Shown: positions 28,259 to 42,384, counted from the first letter of the whole stretch. The stretch: 63,301 bases of DNA, filler included, from Hyphochytrium catenoides (GCA_900088475.1; 10 parts of 10 records of this genome joined end to end with filler, not necessarily neighbours in it), one strand, 5' to 3'. A program made the numbers and translations. Notes: a model not told the origin generated them from the sequence alone.

Positions 28259-31200
28259 NNNNNNNNNNNNNNNNNNNNNNNNNNNNNNNNNNNNNNNNNN
28301 NNTTAATTAATTAANNNNNNNNNNNNNNNNNNNNNNNNNNNNNNNNNNNNNNNNNNNNCTCTCTCGTCTTGCACCTGCATGTGAGCTTGCAATGTGAGAG
28401 GATGGCGGAGGCAGCGCCCAGGCCGTGATCTGCGGCGGAGAGGAGAGGAGGAAAGGCTGCACAGAGAACACCAGAAGGAAGGTGTAAGACAGAGAGCAGC
28501 CATTTGACAGACAGAGTCAACTCGAGAGATGACAAACAATGAGACAGACTAAACTTAATCTACCGGCTTCCTAGAAGGAGGTATTGGAAGTGATCGAGTT
28601 AGAAAATGAGGAGATGATAGGGTCATATATGACATGAAACAGGGTGGTTTCGCCTGCCGTTAGCGGCCCTGAAGGCGGAATGCTGTAACGTCCTAGCAAC
28701 CACTTTCAGAGCTTCCCCAGGACTACTGGCACAGCATCCATAATCCAGTCTATTTCTGTGGAGCGGTATGCGACAATGAGAGATCTATATTATTTGGAAA
28801 GACTCTGTTTATCATTAGTGTGCTGTATGTATGTAGTAGTTTCAGTAGCCTGCCTCTGTCTAGCCAAAAAATAAAGGCGACAATATCAAGTACTGGGGGA
28901 GATCTTTGCAGATATTTTGTTGAAGAAGGCTTCAGATTCCAGACACGCCCCGCGCTACGAGCAGAATACTGCGCTAGTTCCTCTTAGCTAGCCTAGTTAG
29001 ACAATAATAGGGAAGATAGGTAGATGATTATAGCGGACTGCAGCAGGCTTACCCAGCGGAGCATCGATGGAGCTTGCCGCATGGTCAGCATGCACCAGCA
29101 AGCAACAGCAGCAAGCCACCGCCGTGTTACGCCGCGTCATTTCCTAGGCAGTAGAAAGCAGGTAGATTATTAGCAGGCAAACTTAGCGAACATAGATGGA
29201 GCTTGCAGCATGCAGCAAGCTTCAAGCAGAGCTATACCATAGCGAGCTCGCCATATATCAGCGCGGAGCAGAAGAAGAGAGAGGAGGAGAAGGGAGAGTG
29301 AACTTCTATAAAGCGGGCAAAGAGGGGAGAGTCAACCCTAGCAGTGAGGCGAAGATATGATAGAGAGAGAGACATGTCACGACGCAGATAGTCAATAACA
29401 GAGGAGAAGGATTGGACAAGGGCATCTATCTGCTGCTGCAGCTGAGCCTCTTTTCTTCTTCCATCTCTTCCTATTTTGAAGATCCAGTGCATAGTGAAGG
29501 AAGAGATGAAAGAGATGGAGAAAGAAGTAAAGACCCGCGCGTGTACCAGAGCAGACACTCCCAGACTTTCAAAGGCAACGGAAGAAGAGAGGTCTAAAGA
29601 AGAGGAGGAAAGGCGAGCGAAAGACAACGAAAATCGGGAGGCAGTCAAAAGAGCGAAGAGAGAGGGAGCAGGACCCGGAGAGAGGAAAAGATGAGACGCA
29701 GAACAGAGAGAGGGGAGAGAAAAAGAGGGAAGAGAGAGAGAAAGAGAAATGGAGAGAAGAGGGAAGTAAGTGAGCGAGGTGATGAGGAGAGAATAAGGAG
29801 AGAGACAGGGTGCGAGGTGTAGAGGAGAAAGAACGGGGTTGCAGTTAAATGCAGTTCTGAGGAAGAACAAAGAGTCAAATAGACGCAGCGGAGAGCGTGA
29901 AGAAGCAGAAAATGGGATGCACATTGGGAGGAGAGCAGCAGCAGAAAGTAAGAATACCTTATCGCTACGAGCAGAGGAGAGGAAAACGTAAGAGGAAGGA
30001 GCGCCTCTTCTTTCTTCCTTGCCTCACTGTTCTGGTCTCTACAGCCAACAAGGTCCCAATCTTCAGCGTTGAGTTTTCCTTTTCCTTGAGACCTTTGCAC
30101 TTCTTCTACTCATTAGTATGGCTGAGTCGTCCTCTTGGGAGGGTTCCATCATCATTATTCTCCTGTTGACGTTGTGAAGATGCATGCCCTGTCATGGCGG
30201 GATGATGATGGAACTTTTAAAGAAAACGTGCGTTTCCTTCTGTCTCTCCATCGCACTTCTTCCGCTCCCTCCGTTGTTCCTCATGTTCTTCTCCTTCTTT
30301 CTTCCTCCGCTCAAAGGAAGAGACATTGCCATAGAAGAGTTCATAGATCCGAGTCTCTTCTTTTTACATTGTCCGTCCTCCTCCCTGTTCCATCTCACCA
30401 TCATCTGCATTATTAGTGGTGTCGACTAGTTGTTTGCTATCCATCAGAATAGATAAGGGTCCGCCCTTCTCTTCCTCTTCCTCCTCCTTATGTGAAAGAA
30501 GCGAAGAGTAGCTCATTCGCCTTCTTTTCTTCCCCTCTTTTTCTCTTCTTGATTCTCTCTCTCTCTCGCCTCCCCCCCATTGTCTTCTCCTCTCTCTCTT
30601 GACACCATCGTCCTCCTCAAAAAGGACAGTCATTAAGTAGACGAGGCGAAAGACCTTTCTTCAGTGGCAGCATCGACGATCTATATTTTCTCACCTCTCT
30701 TCTACTTGCCTCAGACTTTCTTCCTCTGTCGTGCATCATCTCTTCTTCTCCCTGAAGGAAGTGACTCATAGCAGTGAAGGACTCTCTCATCTCAGCATTA
30801 TCGTGGGCCGGTGATCTTCTTCTTCTTCAGCGCCAGGAGCGGCCGGCAGCAGCTGTTGCTCTTGCTTATCATCATCTTATTAACATCTCTTCTCATCTCT
30901 AGCTAGAGCTTGGAGGCCTACTTCGGTCAACTTCTAGGCCACCAGCCATGTCTTTCTCCTCCTGTTTCTCTTCTCTTCTCTCTCCTCTATTGCTCAAGAA
31001 ACAGCAGGCGTGGGCTTTGCTCTTTCCTTCTTCTTGTCTCACCCTTTCTTTCTTCCTTCCATCGACAAAGAACACGACGAAGTCACTTTTTGCTAGTCGC
31101 TCTCTTCTTTCTGTTCTCTCATACGTTAAAACATCATGTTACTACTTATCATCAAGAGCTAAGCACAAGCAGCAGCAGCCACGATTAATTAACAAGCAGA

Positions 31201-32210
31201 AAGACGGATCGACCGCAAGGAACGAAGAGAAAAAAGCAGGGAACAGCCTTCCCCTCCTACAAGTACTCACAGGACAGTTTGGACACTTCCCTTGTAGAAA
31301 GGCAGGCACCAGAAGTTTTTTTTGGCTCGTTTCTTCATTCGATGGCACCTCTTACAAAGAAGACCGCATCATCTTCAGCCAGCAGTCAGAGAAAGAGCAG
31401 AGAGACCTTTTCTTGCCTTTTACTTCCTCCTTTCTCCTCTCAAAGTTCTCGGTTACCCTGGTGTTCTTCTTCGCTCCACACGCTTTGCTCTTTGAGATCC
31501 TTGCTAAGGAGAAGAAGATTAGCTCCATCATTCATTCAACTGCACGCTAGCAGCTGTGCTGCTGTCCTGCGTCTTGCTGTTGGTGGCTATCTATGAGCAT
31601 CTGCCGCTGCTTCTGCAGCCTTCGCTTCTATTGGCTCTTCACCACGACGTTCCTGCATTAGACCTATTGTCTATCCAGAGCTCTTTCTCTCTCTCTCACC
31701 CTCTGTCTCTCTCTCTCTCTCTCTATTTTCTTCTTTTTCTTTCTCTCTCTCATAGAACTACATTCGCTGCTAAGTGAGTCCTCTTGTCAATCTCTATTTC
31801 TGCTTCTCGTGCCATCCTTTCATGATGTACATGTACACTGGTCTCATTGAAATGACGAGGCCAAAGGCGATGGACAAGCGAGAAGCAGCAGCAACAAGCT
31901 TCAATCAAAGAGAGGAGAATGCTGACTAGAGCAAGGGAGAGAAGAGAGAGAGAGAGAGAGTATTTTGATGCATATTTATCCCATCTTTGGCCTTCCTGTT
32001 GCACCGCCAAAGCCCGTCACTTCAAATATTTGCTGGGAAAGCGCCTGGTTAGGAGAAGCGGAGGTGCCAAAGAGGAGGAGAGGATGATCAGACACGTGCA
32101 TCAGAAGAGGACAGAAGAAGAGAGACATCAGCAGGCTTCCGAACAATTGAGCGTAGAGCTGCAATGGCTGGCACCTGAAGGCACATAAACTGGCTCGGTC
32201 TGTCATGAAA

Positions 32211-32256
<46 letters not shown>

Positions 32257-32330
32257 ATGTCTGTCTTCTGTGCTTCTTGGTTGGTTGTGCTAAGAAACAG
32301 CAATCTTCTAGTTCCTGACATTCTCTCTTT

Positions 32331-32371
<41 letters not shown>

Positions 32372-33499
32372 TTTCACCTCATTGCTAGCGTCCCTCTTTC
32401 TCACACAGATGCAATATCTATGTAGTCTATTGCTTATGTCTGCTTGCTCTGTCTTGCATTGGCCGCCACACTGTCTCGAAAAGGTTCACCCAACGCCGGT
32501 CAGCCTCTAGTCATTCTGTCTGACTTCATGAATTAGTCAAAAGCCGTATCCAAAGATATCTACAGAACTCTCTGTCTCACAGGTCCGTGGCTCTGTCTCG
32601 CGTTAGGTCCAGTTCGCTGTTCCCCTAACGTTCTGTTCTTCAGCCCCCCCAGCTTCAATATCTAACCGTTACAGAACACTCCAACAATGCTGACGAAAGA
32701 AACAAAACATCAAAGATGCATTCAATAAATTTCGAACACCCATATCCCTATAACCCAAGTCGGCATTGTTGCAGCTCGGAAAGCTAAAATGCTCATTTCT
32801 TTCGCCGTCGTCATCACCTTCTTGGTAGCTCTTCTATTGCTCTGGCTCGATGGGTTCATGACCGAAGTGCCATAGAAATAGGAACAGTTCCAGTCCCTGG
32901 AGCTCTGACACTATCCCCTTCCTCTGTCTGTCCAAAGAAAGCACTGGAGCAGCAAAAACCCTGTCCAGAATGTTTCAAAGACAAGAGTTGCCTCCACAAT
33001 TTTATTTGGTCCTAGGAAATCTTCTATTCTCAAACGTACGCCGCTATCTCCAATGTCTGCTGATATAATGTCGCTAAAGTAACCTGATCCTGCGCACTGG
33101 CGACCATTGTGCAGTAAGTTACAAATGGGACCACCTCCTCCCCGTATTTCTTAGCCTCGCCTGATAACCTGATAATATGCCGCCTCTAACCCTTTAACTT
33201 AAGTATAAAGTAGCTATCAAATCTAAACCTACACCGAAATACTGGTATTCTGTCGGCCATTGGTTCTGAAGCCCAAAACCTAACCGAGGTGGTGGATGGG
33301 GCAAGACAGAGTGAAGAGAGTCAAGAGACAGAGTGGATAAGAGTTTGTATAGAGTGGTGTCATAATATAGAGATCCATCTAGACAGAGCTTGTTAGAATG
33401 GTGGGCCATCACAACCTCTCTCCCATGAACAGGTGGGACGATAAAGAATGGAGGGGCAGCTGGCGCATAATTTTCCTCATCTCTCTTTCTTCAAGTTCA

Positions 33500-33557
<58 letters not shown>

Positions 33558-35003
33558 CTCTCTCAGACTTTACCTCCCTCTCTCCCCATTATGGCTCTCT
33601 CTTTGTTCCGCCTTTGTGCTTCTCACTCAGTTCTCCCAAGATACGAGTCTCACTCTCTCTCTTCCTCCTCTTTTTGTCGGGACCTAGAACTCTCTTTCTC
33701 TCTCTTCCTCTCTTTCGTGCTCTACATTGCTTCCATTGTCTTTCTCCTTGGAGCTGAGAGAGGAGAGGGATGACAAGAAGAGGAAGGAGGGCGGACAATG
33801 AGGTAAGAACGCCAGAAATCTTTCATCTCTCCGTATGTACCCGATATCCTCCTCTTCTCTCTCTCTCTTACCCATTGAGCCTGTGTAGCAGTGCAGACAG
33901 AAGCAGGGAGAGAGTGAGAAAAAGAGAAAGAAAGAGAGAGAGAAAGAGAGAGAGAAAGAGAGAAAGAAAGAGAGAGACAACGGAGGGGGAGGAAAATGGA
34001 AAGGACCGAGAGAAAGTGGCTGTAGCCCAATAATGATCTGCTTACTACCTTTCCCCCCGCGTCACTGTCCCAGAGCACTACCACTGATGAGGGGGCAGCT
34101 GAAGAGGTGCACGCTCCACTTTCCTTTCACGTGAAAGAGAGAGAGACACAAGGGCGAGGGAAGAAGAGAGAGACAAAAGAGAGAGAAGAGAGAGAGAAAT
34201 GGGGAGAGAGAGGCAGGAAAGGATATATTTCTGGTTTGGGAAGGGTTACAAGGTCGCAAGGGAAGAAAGAAGAAAGACGAAAGGTTCTGATTGGTTACAA
34301 GGCCCAGCAGCGGAGAGGCCCGCCTCTACGCCGCTGCTACCATTGCGTCTCTTCCTAAATTCTCTCTCTCTCTCCCTCTCTCTTGTCTCATTCTTTCTCT
34401 CTCTCTCGCTCTCTCTCCCTTGTGTCTGACCCTGTCTCCGCACTGCTCCTGTGCATCGTCCCCAGGCTTTTGTCTCAGTCTGACAAAGAAGCAGCCGAGA
34501 GAAAGCACCCTTTTGTTCCTTCTCTCTCCCGCCTTCCAGCCGACAATCGAGCTCAAATCCACCAAACAATCCACCAGAAGCAAGTTTGCAGCTTCACTTG
34601 CAGAGCCGCCAGCTCTCCCTTGTGCCGCTGCCTTTTCAGGAGGCCGCTTGGCCCTCGATCAATAGCCATTGTCTCTCTCTCTCTCTCTTTCTTTCTCTCT
34701 CTCTCTCTCTCCTTGCTGTCGTCGTCCCCTGTTCCCCTCCCTGTCCTCTCTTCACTATAAAGCAAATAGCAACCTGCGCGGGACCTCGCGCGGCGGTGCG
34801 TGTCCCTAGTCATTCTTCTATTGTGCAACCACTGGAAGATCCTGGCTGCGGCTTCTCGAAGATCGGCAAGCTGCGGATCCTTTGAATCTCTCTCTCTCTG
34901 TCGCCCTCCTTTTGCTCTTTTCTCTCCCTCTCTTTCCTCCTCTTCGTCTTTTTCAGCGTGCTCTTTCTCTCCTGTCATTCAGTTGATTTGTTGAGAAGAC
35001 AGA

Positions 35004-36980
35004 ATGCAGCTCTTCGTCAGGGGAGACAAAGGCGATAGCCGCCTCTCTCTCCTTCAGCAGAGAGATATCTTTGCCCCAAATGACATTGCAGAGCTTTTAA
35101 TAGAAGAGGAAGATGACGAGAACAGAGCGTTCTCTTCTCCTCTCTCTGGATCTTCTCCAACCAAAATCAAAAGCCTAACATTGACCACGCGGCGCTCAGG
35201 AAAACTGAAGACGTTCTTCAGGGACACTCTAGGACTAAAGAAGAAGAAGAGAGGAGGAAGCACCTCAAGAAGCACGTTTGACGGAGAAGAGAGCGATGTA
35301 GGAGAAGACATTCTCCTTACAAAGGCAGCCGCCACCGAGTTTGAGAACAGAATTGCTGCAGCAGACGAGAAGTCTTCTCTCTCTTCCTCTTCCATTCTGT
35401 CGTCTCTCCCTCCGAGAAGGAGAAAATTCCAGAGAGCACGTCTTTCAGAGCCTCTCTTGGACTGTCTGGATCATCCGGGATGGAGGCTGAGTGAGCTCTC
35501 TGTCGCACACAGTGAGGACGGAGGAGATAGAGAAGAAGATGACGAGCATCATCATGGAAGAGGAAGCTTCAGGAACTCTCTTGGGAATGTCTTTGCCTCT
35601 ATCATGGGGAACAAGAAAGGAGGAGAGAAAGAGAGAGACGAAGATGAAGGAGGAGAAAGTGACACGGAAGAGGAGAATGACTCACCTCTCTCTGTCAATC
35701 TGAACTCTGACTCTATCATTGGGCCTGAGAGGACTCTGTCTCGTTTCCCTACGGGGGCACTTCGTCTCCCTCAGATCCTGATAGACAGAAACCGTTCAGA
35801 CTCTTGCCAAGGATATCTATCCTGGAAGCAGCCTCGTTGGCCTGGAAGGTGGGTCCGGACCCTTGTAAAGCTACGCAATGGATCTCTGGATCTCTACGTG
35901 GACCAGCGTTCGCTGTCTGTGCTGATTTCTGAAGATTCTGCTGTTTACCGTGGCTATGAGATCTACCCAAAAAAGAGACGCTACCAGTTGGCGATCATTA
36001 TCTTTCCCAATGGCGTACAGAGCAACGACAACCAGCGATGGGTCTTCAAGGCTGATTCAGAGGAGAAGCAGGATCTCTGGGTGCGCTGTATAGAAAGAGT
36101 CATTGCGGCTAAGACGTGGTGGGCGTCTCAAGAGCTAGGACCAAAGTTAGGTGATGGCGCTACATGTGACGTTAAGGTCTGCAAGGATAAAGAGACGGGA
36201 GCGCGGTATGCGATGAAGATCGTGAAGGTTCTCTCTTCTTCCACTCCCACCGATGCCTGCGGCAGTGCTCTATCTCCTGCTCTGCAGAAAGCTTATCGGG
36301 AAGTGGACATTCTGAAGACTCTAAGAGAGGCAAATCACCGACATATCTTAGAGTTTCTTGGCGCTTTCCATCAGGATGACCACCTCTACATCGCTACGCC
36401 TCTCTACTCTGGCAGAGATCTCTTCGATTATATCAACCCAATAAGAGGAAGAGTGGGAGAGACGCGAGGGAGAGTGATTATGAGCCAGCTTCTCTCGGCT
36501 TTGGACTGTCTCCACAGCCGTCTCATCGTCCATCTCGACGTAAAGCCTGAGAACATTGTCTTAGAGAGCGAGGGACCTTCTCTCTCTCTCCGTTTGGTTG
36601 ACTTTGGCAGCGCGCGGATGTATGAGAAAGGCATAGGCGTGAAGATAAGGACGGAGCTTCCACAAGGGACAATCGGCTACATTGCACCTGAGTGCTATGG
36701 GAGAGGAGAGCGCTATTACACTCCCGCGTGCGATGTCTTCGCTGCTGGAGTGACGCTCTATGTCCTGCTAGTCGGATATCTACCGTTCTTTGGCGCAACG
36801 CGAGAGATGAGAGAGAGAAATGTTATCGGCGGCTACTGGGACAGACAGAGTCCTGAATTCCATAGACTAAGTGCGGAGGCAAAGGAGCTCATTGCCCGGA
36901 TGTTGGCGTGCAGGCCGAGGGATCGGATCAGTCTGCAGGACGCGAGGAACCATCCGTGGTTCAGAGCCAACTCTAAATGA
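35004..36980 (+). CDS. Ser/Thr protein kinase (CAMK-like) with PH-like domain, single exon, 658 aa
   Basis: GYLSWK..W..TLVKL....WVFKADSEEKQDLWVRCI (PH-like). LGDGATCDV, AMK, alphaC E, HLDVKPEN, DFG, GTIGYIAPE, DVFAAG, HPW. Confidence 0.93.
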   Translation: MQLFVRGDKGDSRLSLLQQRDIFAPNDIAELLIEEEDDENRAFSSPLSGSSPTKIKSLTLTTRRSGKLKTFFRDTLGLKKKKRGGSTSRSTFDGEESDVGEDILLTKAAATEFENRIAAADEKSSLSSSSILSSLPPRRRKFQRARLSEPLLDCLDHPGWRLSELSVAHSEDGGDREEDDEHHHGRGSFRNSLGNVFASIMGNKKGGEKERDEDEGGESDTEEENDSPLSVNLNSDSIIGPERTLSRFPTGALRLPQILIDRNRSDSCQGYLSWKQPRWPGRWVRTLVKLRNGSLDLYVDQRSLSVLISEDSAVYRGYEIYPKKRRYQLAIIIFPNGVQSNDNQRWVFKADSEEKQDLWVRCIERVIAAKTWWASQELGPKLGDGATCDVKVCKDKETGARYAMKIVKVLSSSTPTDACGSALSPALQKAYREVDILKTLREANHRHILEFLGAFHQDDHLYIATPLYSGRDLFDYINPIRGRVGETRGRVIMSQLLSALDCLHSRLIVHLDVKPENIVLESEGPSLSLRLVDFGSARMYEKGIGVKIRTELPQGTIGYIAPECYGRGERYYTPACDVFAAGVTLYVLLVGYLPFFGATREMRERNVIGGYWDRQSPEFHRLSAEAKELIARMLACRPRDRISLQDARNHPWFRANSK

Positions 36981-38962
36981 TTTTGTCAGGAGCGAGGGAG
37001 AGTGAGACAAGAAAGAGGAAAGCAGCATGACTCTCTCCTTTATTTGTAGGAGAGAGGGAAGGAGAGACTGGCAGAGAATGCTGTTGTTTGTATAGATAAA
37101 GAGCTTGCTGGACTAGGAGAGAGTGAGAGAAAGAAAGAGAGAGAGAGAGGAGAGAAGCTCGTCCGTTGAGAGAGTAAGTAGATAGATGTGATATGAGCGT
37201 CTCATTGACTAAATATAACCTAGGCTTTTTTTTGAGCTACCACGCTGACTTTGGCGTTAACAGAGAGAGAAAGAGAGAGAGGAGGACGGTGGCTAGCAAC
37301 CCACGAGCTCGCTGGTGCCTCTGCCATCAAGAGAGAGAGAGGGTCCAAGGGGCTAAGAGAGACCAAGGAGCGGAGCCTTTCTGTCAAAACGAGGTAAAGA
37401 GAGAGAGAGAGACAACAATGTGGCTCCGTAATCGGATGCAACCTTCTGCATGAATACAAAGCGCTCTCTCTCCCATCTCGTGCCCCCTCTGTCCAATCTC
37501 TTTCTCTATTGCTCTCTCTCCCTCTCTTTGTCTTTTTAAGACATAAGAAAGCTCTCTCTGTCGGCTTGACCCCCACATCGGCTTTCTCTCACTATCTCTT
37601 TCTCTCTCGCTTTCTTCCTCTCTTTTTTTTTCTCTCTTTTTTCTCTCTTCTCTCTCTCTCCCCTCTCACTCTCTCTCTCTCTCCTCTCACAAACGAAGGC
37701 CATCCACAGTTCTCTCTGGGTCGTCTCACCTACTCTTCTCGTGCTACCTTTGGCCCGCCAGTGTAATGTAGATGCATATGATCCACGCCAGAAGCTCATC
37801 CTCCATCACAACGTTTTCTTTCTCTCTCCTCATCTCTCTCTCTCTCATCTCTCTTTCTTCTCCTTACTTACAGACTCTCTTTCCCTTACCTATCTCAAAC
37901 TTTCCACTGTCTGGATGATGGGAAGGTGAAGAGAGAGCTCATCCGTTCTTCAACGACACAGCCACTCGCAGACAGCATTTCCCTGGAACGAGGGCAGAAG
38001 AAGCAGTCTTCATCCTGGGTGCCCTTCGTCCCTTCTGCCTTACAGGGTCATTGATCACTCTCTCTCTCTCTCTCTCTCTAACTTTCTCTCTCTCTCTCTG
38101 ACGGTTCGTGGGGTGCCTGACGACGGAGAACAACAGGAGGTTCCACAGTGTGGCTGTACGACTAACTGTTCTTGTGCAGCAGGACGGGGTGTCATCCCAA
38201 TGGCACCACCAAAGATGAGAGAGAGAGAGAGAGATTTAGAGAGAGAGAGACTTGGAGAGAGAGAGCAAGAGAAGAAGACGAGAGAGAGAGACAAGAGAGA
38301 AAGAGGTAGAGAGAGAGACTAGGGAGAGAGGAGGGAGAAGAGAGAGAGGGAATGGAGTAGTTCTACGAGTCGCAGTGAGCGACCTGAGAGCATTGAACAA
38401 GGACAAACGAAAATAACAGCGCCACATCCACGCAGGGCGGCGTATTATCGGCTCATGGAACAATTAGGGAAGCTTTAAATTATTGGGGGGCCGGAGGAGG
38501 ATAAGGAAAGACGAGACCAACATCAGAACCTCCTTCCTTCGGCCTTGCCGTTACCACCTCCCACTCAGAATCAGCTCTCACTACTCCTCCCTCTCTCTCT
38601 TTCTTTCTCTCTCTCTCTCTCTCACTCTCTCTCTCTCTTCTCTCTCTCTCTCATTCTCTCTCTCTCCCGTCTCTCTCCCTCCCTCTCTCTCCCTCTCCAT
38701 CTCTCTCTCTCTCTCTTTCTGACTCGCCTCTGGACTTGAATAACCTACTGCGCCACTGTCCGTCTGCTTTCAATCCTCGGTGCCTCGTCTGAGAAAGGTC
38801 TCCAGATGTCTTCCGGACAATAATCTGCAGATTTCCGCGGCGTCAAAAGCTTCAGAAAGTCGATCGTTGTCTGCGAAAACTGAGGGAAGGAACAGACAGT
38901 AGCCGAGACGGGAGCTACTTCTCTTCGGGAAGGTTGAAGAAATAAGAAGCGCGGCTGGAAAG

Positions 38963-39061
38963 ATGAGCTCCGATGTATGTTCCTCCTCTGTTTCTGTTTG
39001 TCCCCATCTGTTCAGATACTTCTAGAAGCTCTCTCTCGCTTCTCTCATTACTTTTCTCATT

Positions 39062-39096
<35 letters not shown>

Positions 39097-41248
39097 GACG
39101 GGCGCCTCTCAAAATATCGCTATCTCTCTCCTTCGATCTCCCTCCCTCCGGAACGGCAGGTTGACTCGAGTCTTCCCTTACACATGCGAGCAGCAATGAT
39201 GCTGCAGAAAGGTAGTGAGGCGCGTCTGTTTTCCCGTTCTTNNNNNNNNNNNNNNNNNNNNNNNNNNNNNNNNNNNNNNNNNCTCTTCTCTCTCTTTCTC
39301 TCCCTCTCTCTTCTTCTTTCGTTCTGGGTGTCGGTGTGTCTCTCTCACTTTCTCTCTGCGTAACGTTTTTCTTCTTCCACTAAATTTTTCTTTAGCCTCT
39401 GTCTCGGCCTGTCTGCTGCCTTTGCGTCTGTTGATATGCTTTCACGCCCTACACTTTTGCCTGGTAACCACCTGTCGTGACCCTTCTTCTCTCTCGGTGT
39501 GTCCCTATTAAGCGCCTCTCTTTCTCTCTGCTGCGTATTCTACGTCATTGCTTCTTCTACTTCCCCATCTCTCTCGCGCTCACTCTCTCTTTCTCTCTCT
39601 CTGTCGCGCACTCTCTCTCTCTCTCTCCTTTCTATTTCTCTCTCTCTTGCTGTGTTGCTCAATGGCAACTCCAACTCCACCGCACGCTCTACCGCGATTT
39701 CATGCCCCTTATTTCTCTCTTTCTCTACCCCTCTGTCTCTCTCTTTGTCTCTCTTGTTCTCTCTCTTCGCCATGTCTCCCTCCTCAGGTGCTTCTTCTGT
39801 CCGCAATAGCGTGGACTGGGAGAAGCTTCGGAACACTGTGGAAGAGAGTAAGGTTGGGAAGGCGGCTGGTTCAGCCTACGTCGTCGCAAGTAAGAAGACT
39901 GCGGATGCAGCGACATGGGCCAGGTAGATGCATCAGACGGTCTCTCTTTCTCTCCCTCGTCCTCTCTCTTTCTCGCTTATGGGCCGTTTCTTCTGTTCTC
40001 TCTCTGCCTCCTTCTGTCGCCTTGTACTGTTTCCCTCTTACTCTCTCTCTCTCTTCTTCTTCTTCTTCTTCTTGTCTCTCTTCTTCTCCTTCTTCTTCTC
40101 TCTGGTGGCCATAGCTCATCTTGTCACCCGCTGTCCCCAAGTTCAAATCCTTGCTACAGTGCTGCGCGGGTTCCCTCTCTTCTCCCTCTCTACCCTGATC
40201 TGTCCTCTCGTCTGACATCACTCTCTCTCTCTCCCCGCTCTCTGTCTCTTCGTCTCTCTCCCAGACAATACTCCACTGAGTTGCCAGAGGTGACGGTGAC
40301 GATGTATCAGGGCACCAATGTTATTTATACCTCTAGAGACCTGACGGAGCAGCTACAACGAGGCGACAGAGTGAAGGTACAGCGCCAAGGGAAAGAAAGA
40401 GAAAGAGAAATATTGGAACATTGTCTCTCGTTTGCCTACAATCCTGCTTCGGGCACCTTAGGCTCCCCTCTAAGGAGAGCGGTCTAGCTCTTCCTCTTCT
40501 CTCCCTTTTTCTCTCTCCGCTCCCGACGAACCCTGACCCTTGATCCCTTTTTTTTTGCGTGGTTCCGCTCTCTCTTCTCTCTTTTCCTTAGCTCTGTTTC
40601 TCTCTCCAGCTGCTCTAATCTCTCTCTCTCTCTCTCGTTTGAAATCTAATCTCTCTCTCTCTCTCGTTTGAAAGGTTGGGGGAGAGATTTATATGATCTC
40701 CAAAGAGAAGAGAGATCTATTCACAGCCAAAGAGATGCACGTGAAGAGCGAGTCAGGACTCTTGAGAGGAAACAGAAGAGGTAGAAAGAGACCTTACTTT
40801 TCTTTCCTGAGTCAGTCTTTTCTTGGTCATCTTTCCTAGTCATGAGTCTAAGTAATGCCGTAAGTGTCTCCTTTTGTTTCTCTCTCTCTCTCTCACAATC
40901 TCTTTTTGTCTCTCTTCTCTCCCGTCAGAAGACAACGCTCCCCAGCTTGCTGGCTTGATTTTCTTATTTGTGTTCTCTCTCTCCCTCCCTCTCTCTGCCA
41001 TTTTCTCTCTCTTTGTCCCGACTCTTTCTCCTCATTCGCTGACAAATCTCTCTCTCTCGTCCTCTCATTGCTCTCTCTCCGCCGTAGCTCCGACTGTGGA
41101 GAAAGAGAAGATTTATCATGTGAGAGATCGAGCAAAGGATGCCTTCTCTGCGGTGGGAAGTGCGGGAGCTTACGTTGCTAGTAAGTTGACGAAGGGGCTA
41201 ATGGAAGGAAAGGGGAAAGTAGAGAGCGAGAGAGAGGTTGAGAGAGAG

Positions 41249-41288
<40 letters not shown>

Positions 41289-41650
41289 CTAACGGAAGAG
41301 CAAAGCATAGAGATAGAGCCGATGGGAGCCCGAGATAAGAGAAATGGTTGATCGCTGGACGAGGAGTAGAAGAGCGTCTCAGCGAGCGTTGAACGGAGCT
41401 AAGAGCAGAAGAGAGAGAGAGAAGAGGAAAGAGAGAGGGAGGAGAGGCGTTATACATCCAACAACGTTCCTTCTTTCACCTCTCTCGTCATCCGCTCTCT
41501 CCTTACTTCTCTCCTCTGAAAGCCTATCTTGCGTACTAACCTTACCTCTGCAGGCGTGGCGACAGGATATGAGGAGGAGGTTGCTGAAGTGGTTTGCTGG
41601 AAGAAGAACACTAACAGTAAGAAAAAATGGGCATCAAGAAGATAGGACTG

Positions 41651-41682
<32 letters not shown>

Positions 41683-42349
41683 CAGAAACATCATCAGCAC
41701 AGGTAGATTGAGAGAGGAAGAGAAGGAAGGGGTGAGAGAGAAAAAGAAAGACAGAGAGAGAGAGAGAACTCTCTGCGGTACATTAAAGCCGAAGGCTTAT
41801 GCAGACTCCTGTAGAGGTCAATATTCGAGGTGTCACGCGCAGCCTTAAGAAAGGAGGATCACTGGATGGAACCAAGAGCACATCGAAAGGCTCCCCAGAG
41901 AGAGGAGTAAGAAAAGCGTGGCTACTGTCTCTTCTTCTCTCTCTCTCTCTCTCTCTGCCCGTCACTCTTTCCTCCTTCTCTGGACGTTTCTTTACCCGTT
42001 GCTAGGTCTTACTCATCAGTGGCTGGGTGGTCTAGAGAGGTGTCTTGCTCTCTTGTTGTCTCTCTTACTTTGCACTGAGCTCTGACTCTAGACTACTCTC
42101 TCCTGATCTTTAACGGCCTGATCTTTAACGGAATGTGTCTTCTCTCGCGCTTTAGGCGCAGTCTGTCAAGGTGTTAGAGGCGCTGAAGAGAGGTGATAAG
42201 ATTCGAGTGAACGGTCAGCTGTACACAGTCAGCAAGGATACGGCTTTAGAGTTTTCGGAATACATGGTAGCTAATCCTATCCTTGTCTCGGTTTCTCCCG
42301 CTTCTTTCTCTGGTGTTCATTCTCATCCACACTCTCTCTCTCTTCTACA

Positions 42350-42384
<35 letters not shown>

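Noticed and set aside
29019-32190. Imperfect duplication at ~29019-29230 and protein-like ORF fragments (29232-29500, 30180-30429, 31200-31550)
   Set aside because: No recognisable motifs or coherent splice chain; the duplication is short and degenerate.
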